Made by a program: the position numbers and the translations under genes
Assembly (NCBI RefSeq): GCF_009914755.1
Contig: NC_060933.1
Reading direction: 5' to 3' (one strand)
Length of the DNA: 64,000 bases
Source of the DNA: the human T2T-CHM13v2.0 reference genome, Homo sapiens
The notes under the pieces: generated by a model
What the model was told of the DNA's origin: nothing
Databases searched by the model: none
Seen by the model: only the letters and a program-made list of their open reading frames with translations
In this document: positions 37,811-53,653 of the stretch, piece by piece
Layout: every line of letters begins with the position of its first letter
How positions within the stretch are numbered: the first letter of the stretch is position 1

Positions 37811-39989
37811 TTATGCGGAGGCAGGCGCGAAGGAGGCGCTGAGTGAGCCGCAGGGCGGTGGGGCAGGTGGGGGAGCACAAGCACTCGTGGCCAGGCTGTC
37901 CGGCCCAGGGCGGAGCCGCCCCCGAGGGGGACGCCCTGCGCGCCAGCTGGAGGTCTGCTGGCAAGTGGCGGTCCCTCTCCGGGTCCCAGTTTCCCTGGAG
38001 CCCCAGCTCTGGTGGTCTGGGTGGGATCAGGAGAGGAGACCTCTGCTCCAGACCCTGGAGTCTGCTCCAGCCCAGCCCCAGGTCTAGCCTCTGCCAGGGC
38101 TCTGGGCTGCCTGCCTGCCATCCTTTTCCCATGCTGCACTTAGAAGGGTCTTGATAAAATGCGAATTTCATCATGTTACTGCCTGCTTAAGGGAAAGTTC
38201 AAGGTACCAGGCCCCGGCATTCAAGGCTTTGCACAGCTCAGCTCCTGTCCCCTCGCCAGCCTACTCCCCACCCCGTCCCCACCCCTGCAGCCACACAGAA
38301 CTTTCAGGATTCCCCAGAACTTTGTGCAAGCTGTTCCTTGAGTCTGGAAAGCTATTAGTGCTGCTTGTTTTTTTTTCACCCAGAATGCTCCTATTCATAC
38401 TGCTAGGCCCAGCTCAGAGCCCCCACCCCCCGGAAGCCTTCCCGGATAGCCAAGTGGTGCTGGTTTCTCCCCTCTGACCCAACCCTGATCACACTGAACT
38501 GATGGGGTTCCTCTCCCAACCTGGAACTGGCCAGCCAAAGGCCTCTGCAGCCCCCTACATCCCTCTCTCACTGCTTGCCATCAGCTGGGGTCCTGGAATC
38601 TCCTCCTGTTCCTCCTCTGGCACCCCCAACCTCACCAGGTTCCTGGCCTGCTGGGCTCAGGGCTCACCCACCCACATCAGCCAGACCCATGTTCCTGTGC
38701 CCAAGGATAAGGCACTGTGCCAGACACAATGATACAGATGGAGACTGTGAGCTGCTTCATTCATTCACTTCATTCTTTCACTTACGCATATGCACATTAA
38801 CTTAATAATGGTGATTATGATTAAAACAATTCCGACACACACTTCCCAGGGGTCAGCCAAGCACTGGGACACTTTGGGGAATTCTCTTATTTAATCCTTG
38901 TAACAAGTTAGGGATTACTAGGAGGGTCACTCTACAGATGGGGGAAATAGAAGCTCAGAGAGGGGAGTGACTTGCCCAAGGGCACACAGCCAGAAAGAGA
39001 CCAGAGACCAGATTTAGAATCCACTCCTCATCCCCACCTAGTTCCCTTTCCTAAGCGCTGTGCCACCTTGCTTCTGTCACACACACAGCACGAGTGCGCA
39101 CGCACGCACCCTTCTCCCCTCAACTCAGCCTGTTCCAGCCCAGCACTGGAGCCTCTCCCACCTCTCAGGCCTCAGCTGCTGCATCTGGAAAAAAAGGCTG
39201 ATGACCAGCATGACATGAGGGTGGGGCACTTCCAGTTTTGAGCACGCCCACACCTGGACCCAAGAGAAGAGGGCTCAGCTCTGCCATCTTCCTTAAGTCC
39301 CAGAGAAGGAGAAGTCCTGGATTCACCCCCGGCAGCCGCCAGAGCTATGCACAGGGCTTTGGTGGGAAGAGGGGCTGGGGGCCAAGACAATGTCCCTGCC
39401 CTTCAGGGGACACCCAAGGACAGACAGAGCCCTGGCAAAGGAGCCTGCTGGCTGATAGCCCACCCTCCACCTACCCCTCCTTAAGGCCCTCCCAGTGGCC
39501 TTGTGATGGCAGCCAGGTCAAGAACTCTCACCTTACAAACCACCCGGACTCCCGCGGACACACACTCCAATTCTAGGTGCCTCCAAGCACCACCCTTCCC
39601 CACAAATTACTCATGTTCCCAGATCTCCCGGTCCATCCCCAGTCACACACAAACTCTTCACACAGGCTAACACTTCAGAAACCACAAGCGTATGAAAGTT
39701 CATCGTTTGCACATGCCAGCACGCACGCATGCAGAGACAGACGTTCACGTAATTCCTGCAGGCTCCACGCCCCAACCACACAGACCCCCACCACGCACAT
39801 CTGTGACTCTATCCTGTGCCAGTCTGCTGAGCCTGGCAGGCTGCGGGGAAGGTGCCGTTGCGGGCAGAGGTAGGAGGGAGCTTCCCCAGCTGCAGCCAAC
39901 CGAGCCTGGGTCCCTGAGGCTCCTGTAAGGATTTCAGGCCACAGCTCCTAACTGGCTGCCCAAGATCCTACCCGCCCCCCACCCCAATG

Positions 39990-40300
39990 GCTGTCCCCTG
40001 CTGACCCCTGCAGAGCCCCGGCTGGTGTCCTGAGAGGTGGCTTAAGGTGGCCTTGCAGATAAGCCCTCCAGTTACCAGCCTGTTCTGCCAGAATCGGGAG
40101 ACCCAGCCCACTGCACCCAGCCACATGGCATGGAGGATGTCACCAATCCCACCCAAGCACTGGGCTTCCCACTTTTCGTTAATCCCCTCTGCCTCCACAA
40201 CACTCCCCACTCCCCACTCCTCCCTCTCTCTGGCAGGCATGCCCCTCGCAGACTGTGACTATAATGCCAGCCACCAAGACAATACCTTAATCCTGCCCCC
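39990..40300. promoter_or_regulatory. Candidate NR5A1 intron-6 pituitary gonadotrope enhancer
   Basis: Two bicoid/PITX TAATCC sites (40180, 40288), SF-1 site CAAGGCCA (-, 40048-40055), AGATAA 40057-40062. Confidence 0.45.
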
Positions 40301-41228
40301 TCTCCAGGTGATGAAGCACTCACTCATCTCTATCCCATCCCACCTGCATCACTGCAAAATAATTCATTCCCCCAGAAAACTCCTACTCATCCTCCAAAAC
40401 CCTGCTCAGATGCCCCTCTTCCAGGAAGCCTTCCAGAAAGAGCTCTGCTCCCCACCCAGGGTTCCCTAAGCCACACCCATCTCTCTGTCTCAGCCCTAAC
40501 CACCCAGGCTGTAGGTCTTTTCACGATTGGCAAGGGACAGCTATGTCCTCAGCATCTCTGGGCATGGGGAGGGCATTTGTGATGGCTTTCCAGGGAGTGA
40601 GGGTGCAGACTGGAGTGGCCCAGGCAGGGTTGGGGTCAGGAGGGCAACGGGAAGGAGACCCCCCAAGTGCTTGGGGAGTGAGGTGGGTGGCCGGGCTGGG
40701 CTGGGCCAGGCCTGCTCTCTGCCTCTCCTCTGCTTTCTTTTCCTCCTTAGCACTGGTCACAACCTTCCTGGCTATGCCTGCCTAATCGTGTTAGGAACCT
40801 ACGTCTTACTAATCATATTATGCTCATGATCTGTCTCCCCTAGAGAAGGTCAGTACCACAAGGGCTGGGCTTGGGGGGTTTTTGCTCACAGCGGTATTCC
40901 CAGTGCCTTCTCCAGTGCAATTTCTCGGTGCCTGTTTGTAGAGTCAATGAATGGATGCACGTGTGCATGAGCAAAGGGGTCCAGGCCCCCAGGAGGTACA
41001 GTCAAAATTGGGGCCCCCTAGATCCAGGGATTAGAGAAAACAGGGACCCCAGGATGGGAGCCTGGAATAAAAATCCTAAAGTCACATGGGCCACCAGAGC
41101 GGGAGCAGCCCCCATTTAAGAGCCAGGCCCTGGCCGGGGGCCCTCAGACCTTTGTTCACTGAATGAGTAAGGGAGGGGTCCTTTCTCCCCGAGGCTCCTT
41201 CGTGGCCACTCTGGCCACAGCAGGGCTA

Positions 41229-41777
<549 letters not shown>

Positions 41778-42975
41778 CTACATGCTGGGAGGGGAGGGGT
41801 TGGGGAGGGCAGGCCTGTGTGGGGACACACAGACACATCCACATGGCTTCCCAGAGCCCCCATGTTCACACCTACACGCTGGGTCACAGCTCAGCTCAGA
41901 GTCACACACACACACACACGAGCACAGTCATGGGGTCGCCCACTCTGTGAAGTGAAGGCACACACGTGTGCACACGGCCACACCCGCCCTTGTACGCTCA
42001 CACTCACGGCAACACATACACCCATGTATGTGATCACATTTACGGGTTGATGGGAAGACAGTGACACCCACACACTGATGTGTGTGGAGATTTTGCACAA
42101 TAAAACACAGGCAGGCACACACACACACACACACAAACAGGCATTCCCATGGCCACAGAGACTCAGCCAGCCTGCGGACACCCACACTTCATGCAGACTG
42201 CAGGCACCTGCGCTCACAGGGAGCCCCAAAGACACCCCCCTGGGACCAGTGCTGCCCGTCCCGTCCTCCTGCCCCGATGGCCTGTGACACCGAGGAGAGA
42301 GCTGGAGATGAGCAGTGGGGGCCTGGGAGGGCTGGAGCTGGGAGCAGAGTCTGTCTTCCCCACCCCACAGCACCCACCGACCCCACGGCCCTTCCTGTGT
42401 CCCCACCTGAGAGTGGCACTCCTGCCAGCAGGCTGGACCCTGGCCATCAACCCCCTTCTCTGCCTCCCCCCCTCCCTCTCTTTCCCTACAGCCCATCTCT
42501 CCAGGTGAGTCTTCCTCCGTGGCTGTGCCCCCGTGTCCCCACCCTGGCCCCCCACCTCCCATCCTGACCCCTCCGCCTGCCTCCTCAGATACCACCTGGC
42601 CATGTCCCTCCTCCTCCTAAAGCTCTCCCCGGACCCCTGCTGCATCTGGACTTTCTACTCCCCAGATCCTCATTCCCTGCTCTAAGGGGGCCCAAATTCC
42701 GACTCTGAGCTCTCTGGAGCCCTTTGCCCATTCATTCATTCATTCATTCATTCGAGATTTAGGGCCTGCAAGGTTTGCCTGCTAAGCCAGCACTAGCAAC
42801 CCCCTAGCCTCCCTCATCTCTCACCTCATGCCACCCCCACACCGGCACCAGCAGGGCCCGGGGGCTCCACACTTCCACCCTCTCTGAGCCTGCGGTAGAC
42901 GTGGGGACTGCCTCCCTCATCCCTCATTCCCCAGCCAACTCCAGTGTGTTATTTCCAGACCCAGGGCCACCATCA

Positions 42976-43461
<486 letters not shown>

Positions 43462-44875
43462 CTAGGCGTGCAGCCTGGGCAAGCTAACCTCTCTGTGCCC
43501 ATCTACCCAGATGTCTAGGCTATCAAAGTGCAACAGAGGTCTGGCCAGTTAACAAAGGGATGTTTGGGGGTTGAATGGGCCAGGCTTCAGGCCCCACCTC
43601 TGTCTTTTGTATGACTTTACGTAAGTCCTGGTAACCTTTCTGTGCCTCAGTTTTCTCATCTGTAAAGTGGGCAAAGTACTGAGCGGACAGTCCAGTACAT
43701 GTTAGGTATGCCATACATGTTAGTGACTAATGTCCATGCAGGTGCTCTGCAAAGGACTCCTACAAATGCCTGGCAAGGTTATTATTAATTTTAACCTTGT
43801 CCACATTTAAAAGCCTGTGGTCGGTCACACCTCTGGCAGCCCCAACTGCTCAAACAGGAGCCATGAGGGAGAAACCAAGGGCTTCCCCCCCGGGCCTACG
43901 CAGAGCTCTCAGGCTCAGGAGGAGGAGGGAGGTCCCACCTGGCCTGAGGTCAGGCCCAGGGCATGAGCAGGGGGGCGGCAATGGCCTGGCACATGAAGCA
44001 GAAACGAACAGCAACAAGGGGCTGATTCCGAATGCCCAGGCTGCGGCCAGAGACACTCGGTGCAGGGGCAGGGCCAGCCCCTGTTTGGAGTGTCCTTTGA
44101 CTCTGCAGGACTCAGAAGCAGAGCCAGGGATCCCCTGGCCCCAATCCCTATTTTTCAGCTGAGGAATCCGCCACCCGGAAAGGGCAAGAGACTCTCCCGG
44201 GATCACACAGAGGCAGGGCCAGGCCAGGGCCACGGCTGGCATTCCCGGTCCACAATCTCCACTGTGACAAAACGAGCCCTTCTGGGTATTTGGAAGCACA
44301 CTGGGCACTGCAGATGGGCCTGGGCAGACACAGCCCCATCCCTCTCAGCCCGTGCCACTCACCAGCTGGCCACCATCGACCCAAAAGACACTTCTGGCGC
44401 ACCTTCCTGGGCCGTGCCCTATGGCAAATGCAAACCATGACAGCTGACAGTCATTCCACTGCAGCCCTACAGCCCTGCGAGTTTCGTATAGTCGCCACCC
44501 ACATGATAGAGAGAAGAAACTGAACAGAGAGGCCACACAGCTCTGTCTAGTTCCAGATTTGCGCTCTTAACCACTAGGTGTGGAAGAGGACCTCTCACTC
44601 ACCCTCCTTGCCATCCAGGAGTTCCTGGTCTCTCACAGGCTCCTTGCCTCCTCTACAGATCCTCTACCTGATCCCTCTCCTTCCTCGAGGCCCTCTCCAC
44701 CCTCTGGATGCAGAATCTGCAACATCTCATGGCATCAGTTAAATGCCTCTGTCTTCACCAATACCTGTGAGGTCTGGGGAGGCAGAACTGGTGTTCAGCT
44801 CTTCTCTGGGCCCCAGAGCAGTGGTCAGAGGGGCTGATGACTGGCAAGGTGCTCCCCAAGACAAGCACAGAGAGC

Positions 44876-45100
44876 AGAGGGACCACTGCCCACCTGGGGC
44901 CAGAGACACAGAGAGGCCACTCCCCACCTGGGGCCAGAGACTCAGAGGGGCCACTCACCACCTGGGGCCAGAGACTCAGAGAGACCACTCCCCACTGGGG
45001 GCCAGGGGCTCAGAAGGGCCACTCCCCACCTGGGGCCAGAGGCACACAGAGACCACTCTCTACCTGGGACCAGAGGCTCAGAGGGACTGCTCCCCACCTA
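44876..45100 (+). repeat. ~34-bp minisatellite, about 6.5 copies, NR5A1 intron 4
   Basis: Unit approximately GCCACTCCCCACCTGGGGCCAGAGACTCAGAGRG. Confidence 0.9.
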
Positions 45101-46599
45101 GGGGCGGCCCCCAGTCAGAGGGGAACTGGGCCAAGCCTAATGAACAGCTCTGTCTCGTAGGAGATAGAAGCACCCCGCTCTCTGTTCCCCTTCTCTCCTG
45201 GGGCGTCCCTGGGGCCTGTGTCCTCAGGCAGACAGAAGGGGAGAAAAGGAGAGGGAGAAGTCAGGAACTGCACACAGACAGACCTCCGGGCCCACGTGGT
45301 GGAAAAGAGGGAGGTCTGTGTCCATTCCCTCCATCCACACCTCACCTCTGGGTCCAGAGCTCCCTCCAGCTCCCAGCAAAGCTTTCTTCCCAGAGCCCCT
45401 ACCATCAGCCGTGTGCCCCCAGGCTCAGCCCTGACTGGGAGGGTCCCGGAGAGACTGAGGCCTGGGCAGGGGCTGACTCGGCCATCTCTCCGTATCTCTC
45501 CTTGGAAGTGCCAGCCCCCATGGAGCCGCGGTTTCCAGGAGGGAGCCAAGGCTCAGAGGGCACCTATCACCAGGCACGGCGCCCAGTGTGGCACAGGACA
45601 CCTCACCCCTGCCCTGCCGACATTCTGCCCACATTACAGATAAGGAAACAGAGGCCTGCCGGAGGCAACACTCGGGCTTCAGGCAGCTGGGCTCTGCCCA
45701 GAGGTTCCTACCGGCCAGACTTCTGGGGACCTGAGAACCTCCTGAGACCTGGGAAGGAGGGGCCTGCCCAGGGGTCACACTGGCAGCAAGAAAAACTCAG
45801 GCCCACCGTAGACACCCAGGTGGTGGTGCAGGGCCAGGCTTGTCCCCCCGCCCCTCGCAGGCCCACAGGAGCAGACACGCTTGCGCCCAGAACGAAGACA
45901 CAAGGGGGTGGGGAGGTGGCGGAGGAGCGATAAGGGGTAGAATGAGGAGATAAGGCTTCAGGCCAAAAGCAGATGGGTCACGGTGACCCGGCTGGCCCAG
46001 CCCTGGGAGCAGGCTCTGTACCCAGACCTTAGACCCTGGATGGGGCAGCCCTGCCCAGTGAGGCTGATAGGGGTGCCAGGGGCACAGAGCCACAATATGG
46101 TCGCTGAGGCTTTGGTGCCCCGTGCCCTGCATTCGAGCCCCCATCCGGCCATGCATCCTCCACCCTAATTTCCTGTTTTGTGAAGCAGGAAATGTAATTT
46201 CTCTCTTTTTTGGTTAAAACGTAAGAACACACATTGGGATGTATGGGAATCGGTGGACCTGCTGTTGGTTCTTACGTGGATGCTGCCCGGCCGGGATCCC
46301 ACCTGCCCCTTGGCCAAGCAGGTCTTGTACTCACTGCTTTCCTTGGGTGGACAGATGGATGCATAAAGACACCAAACTCCAAAACACTCCCCACACAGAT
46401 GAGAATGCGCACACACACACACACACACACACAACCTCTTTTTATTTAAAAGAAAACCACAGGGCCATAGCTGCCAGCCCCCCTGCATGAGAAAGCAGGT
46501 GGCTAAGAGGTTCCTTTAACCAGAGAGGGTTGGTTTTCACTTTCCGAAGTTTCCTCCCTAAGCTAAAGGCTCCTCTACCCTCAGGCCTCCTTGTCGCCC

Positions 46600-47040
46600 T
46601 GGGAACAATGACATTTGCAGCCCCAGCCCTTGGGTCTCCCACCAGCCTGGCCTGTCTGCTGGGCACATCAGCCATCCACCCCTCCCACCGGACCGCCACA
46701 AATCTTCCTGGAGCCTTGACGCTCTGCAGGCTGCCTCAGAGACCCGGTATTTATGGGTGCCAAGCTGACCTCCCTCCCAGCAGGGCCCCTCTGGAGCCCC
46801 CTGGGGTCCGATTGGTCTGGCTGTGAAGGCCGGTGGGCTGTGTAATTCTCTGGTGGCTGACACACCACGGGCTGGCCACTGCGCTCTGCCGGCAGAGTGG
46901 TCAGTGAGGTGTCATTTGTCAGCCCAGGACTGACAGTTACTGCCGCTTAAATGAAACCGTCTATCTGGGCAGTTAAATCTGCTGTCAGTGGGGGCCTCGG
47001 AGCTGGATGTTGAGGGTGAACGGATGTCAAAATGGGTCAC
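46600..47040. promoter_or_regulatory. Candidate NR5A1 intron-4 enhancer (fetal-adrenal-type)
   Basis: SF-1 site TCAAGGCTC (-, 46711-46719), TATTTATGG, and TALE sites TGACAG (46931) and CTGTCA (46982). Confidence 0.4.
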
Positions 47041-50000
47041 TGGGCACTCCTGGCCCCCACCGTCCCCCCGGGTCCTCCCTTGCATCCTCCCAGCCTGTCC
47101 TTCGCAGTAAGTGACGAGAGGCTGACTGCCTGGGCCCTGGGCACTGCTGCCCACCAAGCAGCAGGTACAGGTGAGTTTCTTCCACCTCACAGGGAAAAAG
47201 TTGCTTTATAAGCGCAGGACAAAGTGACCCTCAGACGGTCCCAGAACAATCGTGTGCTCAGAGGAGCTTGGGTCCAATGTGTCTCTCCCTGCTGCCTCCC
47301 CGCCAAGGCCTGCATAAGCCTGCAGGCGTCGATTAAACAGTGTAGCTAAGGGGAAGAGAGGAAGGGTGCTGCGACCCCACTTCCGAAACTGCCCGCGCTC
47401 AGTTCTTCCCCTGTCCTTACTCACTAACCCTTTACCACAATCCAATGGGGTGGACATTATTTCAACTCCTCCCATTTTCAAGACGAGGAAACTGAGGCCC
47501 GGAGGAGTGAAGTCACTTGCCCAAAATCATACAGCATGTAAGTGACAGAGCTGGAACTTGACAACAGGCCTCTCTGATTCTAGTCTTTGATATTCACTTC
47601 TGTGCTACTATCGAATCTACCATGCTGGGATTGGTGTGAGATGGAAACATGGAGACGGAGGGACCCCCATACCAGCTGGGAAAGAAGATGGGGGAGGAAG
47701 ACCCCAAGAGGGCATTTGGAGCTCAGCATCGGACACAACTGGGCCCCTGGCACCCCTGAGAGCTCAGCTGAGACTCCAGGACTCCTCCCGAGCAGCAAGA
47801 TGTCATCAGCATCAGAGGGCTGAGTGGGCCTCTGCTCAGAGCCCAAGCTCTGTCAGGGGAGCCCCTCCCTGACCCGGAACCTGGAGCCCCAGCCAGCCCC
47901 GCAGCCATCCATCACCCACTGCCCAAGGACCCACTCCTGCTCCAGGCTCTGCTCTGGCCCTGCCAACCTCTCCAGCCCTGCTTCACAGGCCCATTGGAAC
48001 TCCCGGAACACGATGCCTCTTCACATTTCGGGACCTTCGCCTCTGCTGTGCCCACTGCCTGGAATTCCCTGAACCTTCTCTACTTTCTAGAAAGGCACAG
48101 AACTGTTCTCCGACTTCCTTAGTTAGAGCTGTTTGCTCTCCCCCCAGGGTCCCCTCTGCCCCTTCCGTGGCTCTCAGAGCCCTGGGCACCTCGCACTGGC
48201 ATTATCTAAGTGCATGTCTGACTTCTCCTCCAGGCTGGCAGCTTCCTGGGTCCAGATGATTTTAATGTCCCCAGTGTCCAGCCCAAGGGCTGCTCCACTC
48301 TCAGAGCCAGAGAGCCCCCTCTTCTGTCTGCTAAGATGTGTCCTGTCTGGAGGTGGGGAAATGAATGATCAGCTAGAAGAGACGCCGGAGTCACCCACAC
48401 CCCTCCCACTTTTCTGTCTCCTCACCTCTGGACTTTGCAAAGAGACACCAGCCCAGGGTCCACTGGACCAGTGGAAAAGAACTTCCACATGGCTTACGAG
48501 AGGCGCTCTAAGGGCTGGGCTGGTACTTATCTGCAAGGCCCCTTTAGAGAAGCTGGTGACCACTGCTCATAATCCCGGGCTCAATTCAAAGACTTTGAGA
48601 AGGGGAAGCAGGAAGGTTTGGACCACGGAGAAGCCAGAAGCAGGAAAAAACACTCAGCAAAGCTGGGACAAAAGCCCTTCCCATCCTGCGTGAAAATCCC
48701 CGGGAGACTAGGAAGGCAGCCAGAGGAAGTGCCCTGCCCCTCAATCCAGGGTTCTGGAAGGCCGGGAATGCCCTGCTCCTCCTCCCCTCTGCACGGGGGG
48801 TGCATGGGAAGTCTGGAGGGAAGCTAGCAACCAACCCAAGATGCTTGGGGTCCTCATCCCCACCAGGGCCTCCAGCCATGAGCAGAAGGCAGGTGGGAGT
48901 ATTCAAGACCCTGCCTTTTGCCTCATCCATTAGGTCGGACCAGAGAGGCGGGCAGTGTTGAGAAGGGGCTGGGGTGAGAAACCCACCCCATGACAGACAC
49001 ATGGTACATCCCCAGGCCTCAGCCATGACAGGCGCTCCACGGTGGAAGCCGTAGCCACCACCATCAATCCTCGACTCCCAGATGGCCCAGGCCCCAGTCC
49101 CGCGATGCCCCTAGGGCTCGGAGCACCCACCCCCACCTACCAGCCAGGGCAGGCAGTGCCCCCAGCCCATCCGGCCTCATGCCCCTGGAGGAAGCCCAGG
49201 CCCGAGTGGCGTCAGCATTGACAATGCTGCTCAAGGCTGCAGTGGCCCCAGCAGTGGGGGCAACGGGCCCTGCTGTTTACACCCAGCCCCAGAACAGCCA
49301 GGGGGTCAGCCTGGGAAAGCTAAACACCAATAGCCCTGGGTGAAAGAGTGCCTGAACCCAGGCCAGGGAGGGGCAGGCCTTGGTCAGCTGGAGGGGCCTC
49401 TAGGGAGGTCTCAGAGAGCCAGGGCACTGGAGGGGCAGTTCTGGGGCCTCAGGCTCTTCAAGCCACTAGGTGGGAAGACTGGGAAGTTCTTTCCTATGTC
49501 TAGCCTCAGTTTCTCCTGCTGCTTTCCTGATTACTGTAGCATCAGGTACCTCGACCCAGGGGGAAAGAAGGCCATGCCATAGAGGAAGGCTGCCTCGCCA
49601 GGGAAGATCAGTGGCAGACCCTGGAATCCCCCACCCACCTACCTATCTAGCTTCCTGAACACCCACACACATGCACATGACCATCCAGCATACGCAAGAT
49701 TTGCAGAGGCAGGAGGATCTTTCACCTTAGCTGGGAAGGAGAATGGCCCACAAATGCCCCAAACTCTAAAACACTAAGAGCCCCCATCTGTGTGTGACAC
49801 TGCCAATCCTTGCCAGCCTCCCTGAATGGGAGGACAGGATGGGCCGGACCCCCTTCCCAACACTAGGCTGAAGCCTGGGGAGGCAAGACAGTCTCCCAAG
49901 GACTCAGCTAGTCCTTTGAGGGAGCCCAGGGTCTCAGAGAATGAGGGAAATGAGTACTGAGAGAGCCCCAGAATAGGGAACCCCAGAGGCTGAAGGGGTT

Positions 50001-50254
50001 GCAGAGACACCAAGAAGCAGAGAGACAACATGCAAGGGAGAGACACAGTAGGAAGAGACAGAGGCAGAGATCAAAGCAGCAGTGGCTCCTTGAGCAGAGG
50101 CTCAAGGAGGAGAGAAGGAGAGGGAGGGAGCGGGGACCCAGGAGGCTGTGATAAGTGGAAATGCTCCTTAATGTCCCCAGGGTGGCCTCCGGGTCCCCAG
50201 GTACTGCCTGAAGCCAGTGGGAAGGATGGCCCTATCCAAAGGACAGTCGGGCTA

Positions 50255-51043
<789 letters not shown>

Positions 51044-52504
51044 TCAACACCCTTTCATGGCTCCCACTGACCACAGGGGAAGTCAGTCTCCTTTGCCTGG
51101 CATTCAAGGCCCTGCTCAGCTTTTCAGGCAATCCCTGCTAAGACCCCTCTCCTTCCACTCCACCGAACTCACCTCCACTCCTCTGTTTGACACATCTCCT
51201 TCCTCCTCCACCCTGCCTTTCATTTTCCTTCTGACTCAAACTTTTTTTTTTCTCTTGTGCTTGCTGAACACCCAGCCTCAATGTCACTACTTCCAGGAAG
51301 CACTCCTGGATTCATGCAAACGGGCTCTACTGTCCTTGCCCCAGGTGCCCTGTCCTTGCCCACTCTTATCATGCTGAGTGGATCATGCCATGTGCTCCTG
51401 CGGGCTAAGTTCTGGGCTCAGGTGTCTAGCATAAGGCCTGGCAGGGAGATGGTGACCGGAAGGGGACCCTGGTCAGCCTTGTTCACCGCTGGCCCCAGGG
51501 TCCAGCTGTTTGTTGACTGACTGCCTGACTGTTGAGCTCCTGCTTCAAAATGACTCAAGTATCCTTCACTGGCTGCGAATGTGAAGCCAAGTTTAGAGCT
51601 GGCCAAGGCTCTATGCTGGGGGAGGGGACCTCTCTTGCCGACTAGAAGCTCCTCCGCCTGGCGAGGAATGTGTCATCAGCCAGACCCAACAGGTACATCT
51701 CTGCAGCTGGAGTGTGCCCCCCGCCCCTGCTCAGACAGGGCCCCACCCTGGGATCTGGGCGAGGGGAAAGAGCAGGAGAGAGGGGGTGGTGGTGCTCAGC
51801 AGGGATGATGGCTGGGGGGCTGCCTGGCCAATCTTCCTGCCCCCTGGGGTGGGCAGCGCTGTGCTGCTCGCAGGCTGCACGGGAGTTTCTACTGCCCACA
51901 ACAGCCAGCTATCTGGCCCCTTGGGACCTGGCACTAGGGGCATGGGCTCTGGGGACAGGACAGGATGTCCCCTCTCCCATCCAGGAGTCCTTTCTCCAGG
52001 TGGCAGGGCATGTGGTCCACCACTCTCAGAGCCACCTGGGGCTTTCTACACTGTTCCAAGACCTTAATCAACCACTGCCTGTTCAGCACACAGTCCAGTG
52101 ACCGGCCACCTCCAGAAGCTCAAATCTTTCCTGCCAAAACTTACCTCCTCCTCTCTGGGCTGAGAGCTGGGGTTGAGGGTAGGGAGGCAAAGAGGGGCCT
52201 GGGTTTCTTGGGGGCAATTCAATTGTCCCCCACTGCCCGGCCCCCTCAGGGCCTGGCTAAGAACATGACGGGAAGGAATCTCACTGGCTGAGCCAATAAA
52301 CCAGAGAGCCCTTTGGATGGACGGACAGACAAGCAGATGGGCAGCTGAATGTGTGGGGGCTGGGCGGTGGTGGTGGGCAGATCCTAATGGAAAGCGTGAT
52401 GGGCTTGACAGCTAACCTGCGGCAATGAACGCCTAGGCACCTTCAGCTTGCCTGCACCGATCCCCACACTCACTCACTGGAGGAAGGCGCTGCCGTTAAG
52501 CCCA

Positions 52505-52856
52505 TTTTTCTTTTCTTTCTTTCTCTTTCTGCCTTTTCTTTTCTTTCTTTTTTATTTTTATGTACTTATTTTTTGAGACAGGGTTTCCCTCTCGCCCAGG
52601 CTGGAGTGGAGTGGTGTGATCATAGCTCACTGCAGCCTCGACTTTCCAGGCTCAAGTGATCCCCCCACCTCAGCCTCCTGAGTAGCTAGGACTACAGGCA
52701 CATGTCACCACGCCCAGCTACTTTTTTATATTTTATAGATACAAGGTTTCTCCATGTTGCCCAGGCTGGTCTTAAACTTCTGGGCTCAAGTGATCCTCTT
52801 GCCTCAGCCTCCCAAATGCTGGAATTACAGGCATGAGCCGCTCCATCCGGCCAAGC
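52505..52856 (-). mobile_element. Alu (AluJ-like)
   Basis: Antisense Alu; TSD-like AAGCCCAT. Confidence 0.9.
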
Positions 52857-53303
52857 CCATGTTTCACATGGGAAATCTGCGGTTTAGAGAGGTTAAGGAT
52901 TTTGCCCAATGTCACCCAGCCTGACTGACAGTGCGGGCACTGGGACTTGGCCTCTGCTGGCTGGGGTTGGGTATTTTGGGGGCATGGGGACCTCCTCACA
53001 GAGGGAGGAGCTCTGCCGACCCTGTGCTGGGGCCCTGGCAGGGGCTGGGGAAAGAGTCATCTCCATAGGGTTCACTTTTGGATACTTCTCAGCCCAACCC
53101 AGGCTGGCCTTGCCAGCGTCCCTTCCCCGCCCGAGGCCCACCCAGCGCCAGCGCCCGGTTCTCTTGCAGCGACTGGGCCCTAATGTCGCACGAGGGGCCT
53201 TCGCGAAGGCCAATGGTACTATCCCCTCAGCCCCTCTCCCACCCCCACCCCCTACCCCCTCAGGCTGTGGGGGGTCAGGGGTCGAGGCCCGCGCGGCGCG
53301 CAC

Positions 53304-53445
53304 CTTCCAGGCGCATCCCCACCGTCAGGCATTTCTGGAAGCGGCAGAAGGGACAGCGCTTGCGCTGCGTCTTGTCGATCTTGCAGCTCTGGCTCTCGGT
53401 GCACGTGTAGTGCTTGTTGTTCTGCACCGTGCGCTTGAAGAAGCC
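53304..53445 (-). CDS. NR5A1: NR5A1 exon 3 (zinc finger 2)
   Basis: [15 protein letters not shown]...[17 protein letters not shown]; 142 nt. Confidence 0.98.
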
Positions 53446-53464
53446 CTGCGGGAGCTGAGAGTCA

Positions 53465-53653
<189 letters not shown>

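Noticed and set aside
44743-45933. 396-aa ORF with internal repeats
   Set aside because: Antisense to NR5A1 intron 4; the repeats are the minisatellite.
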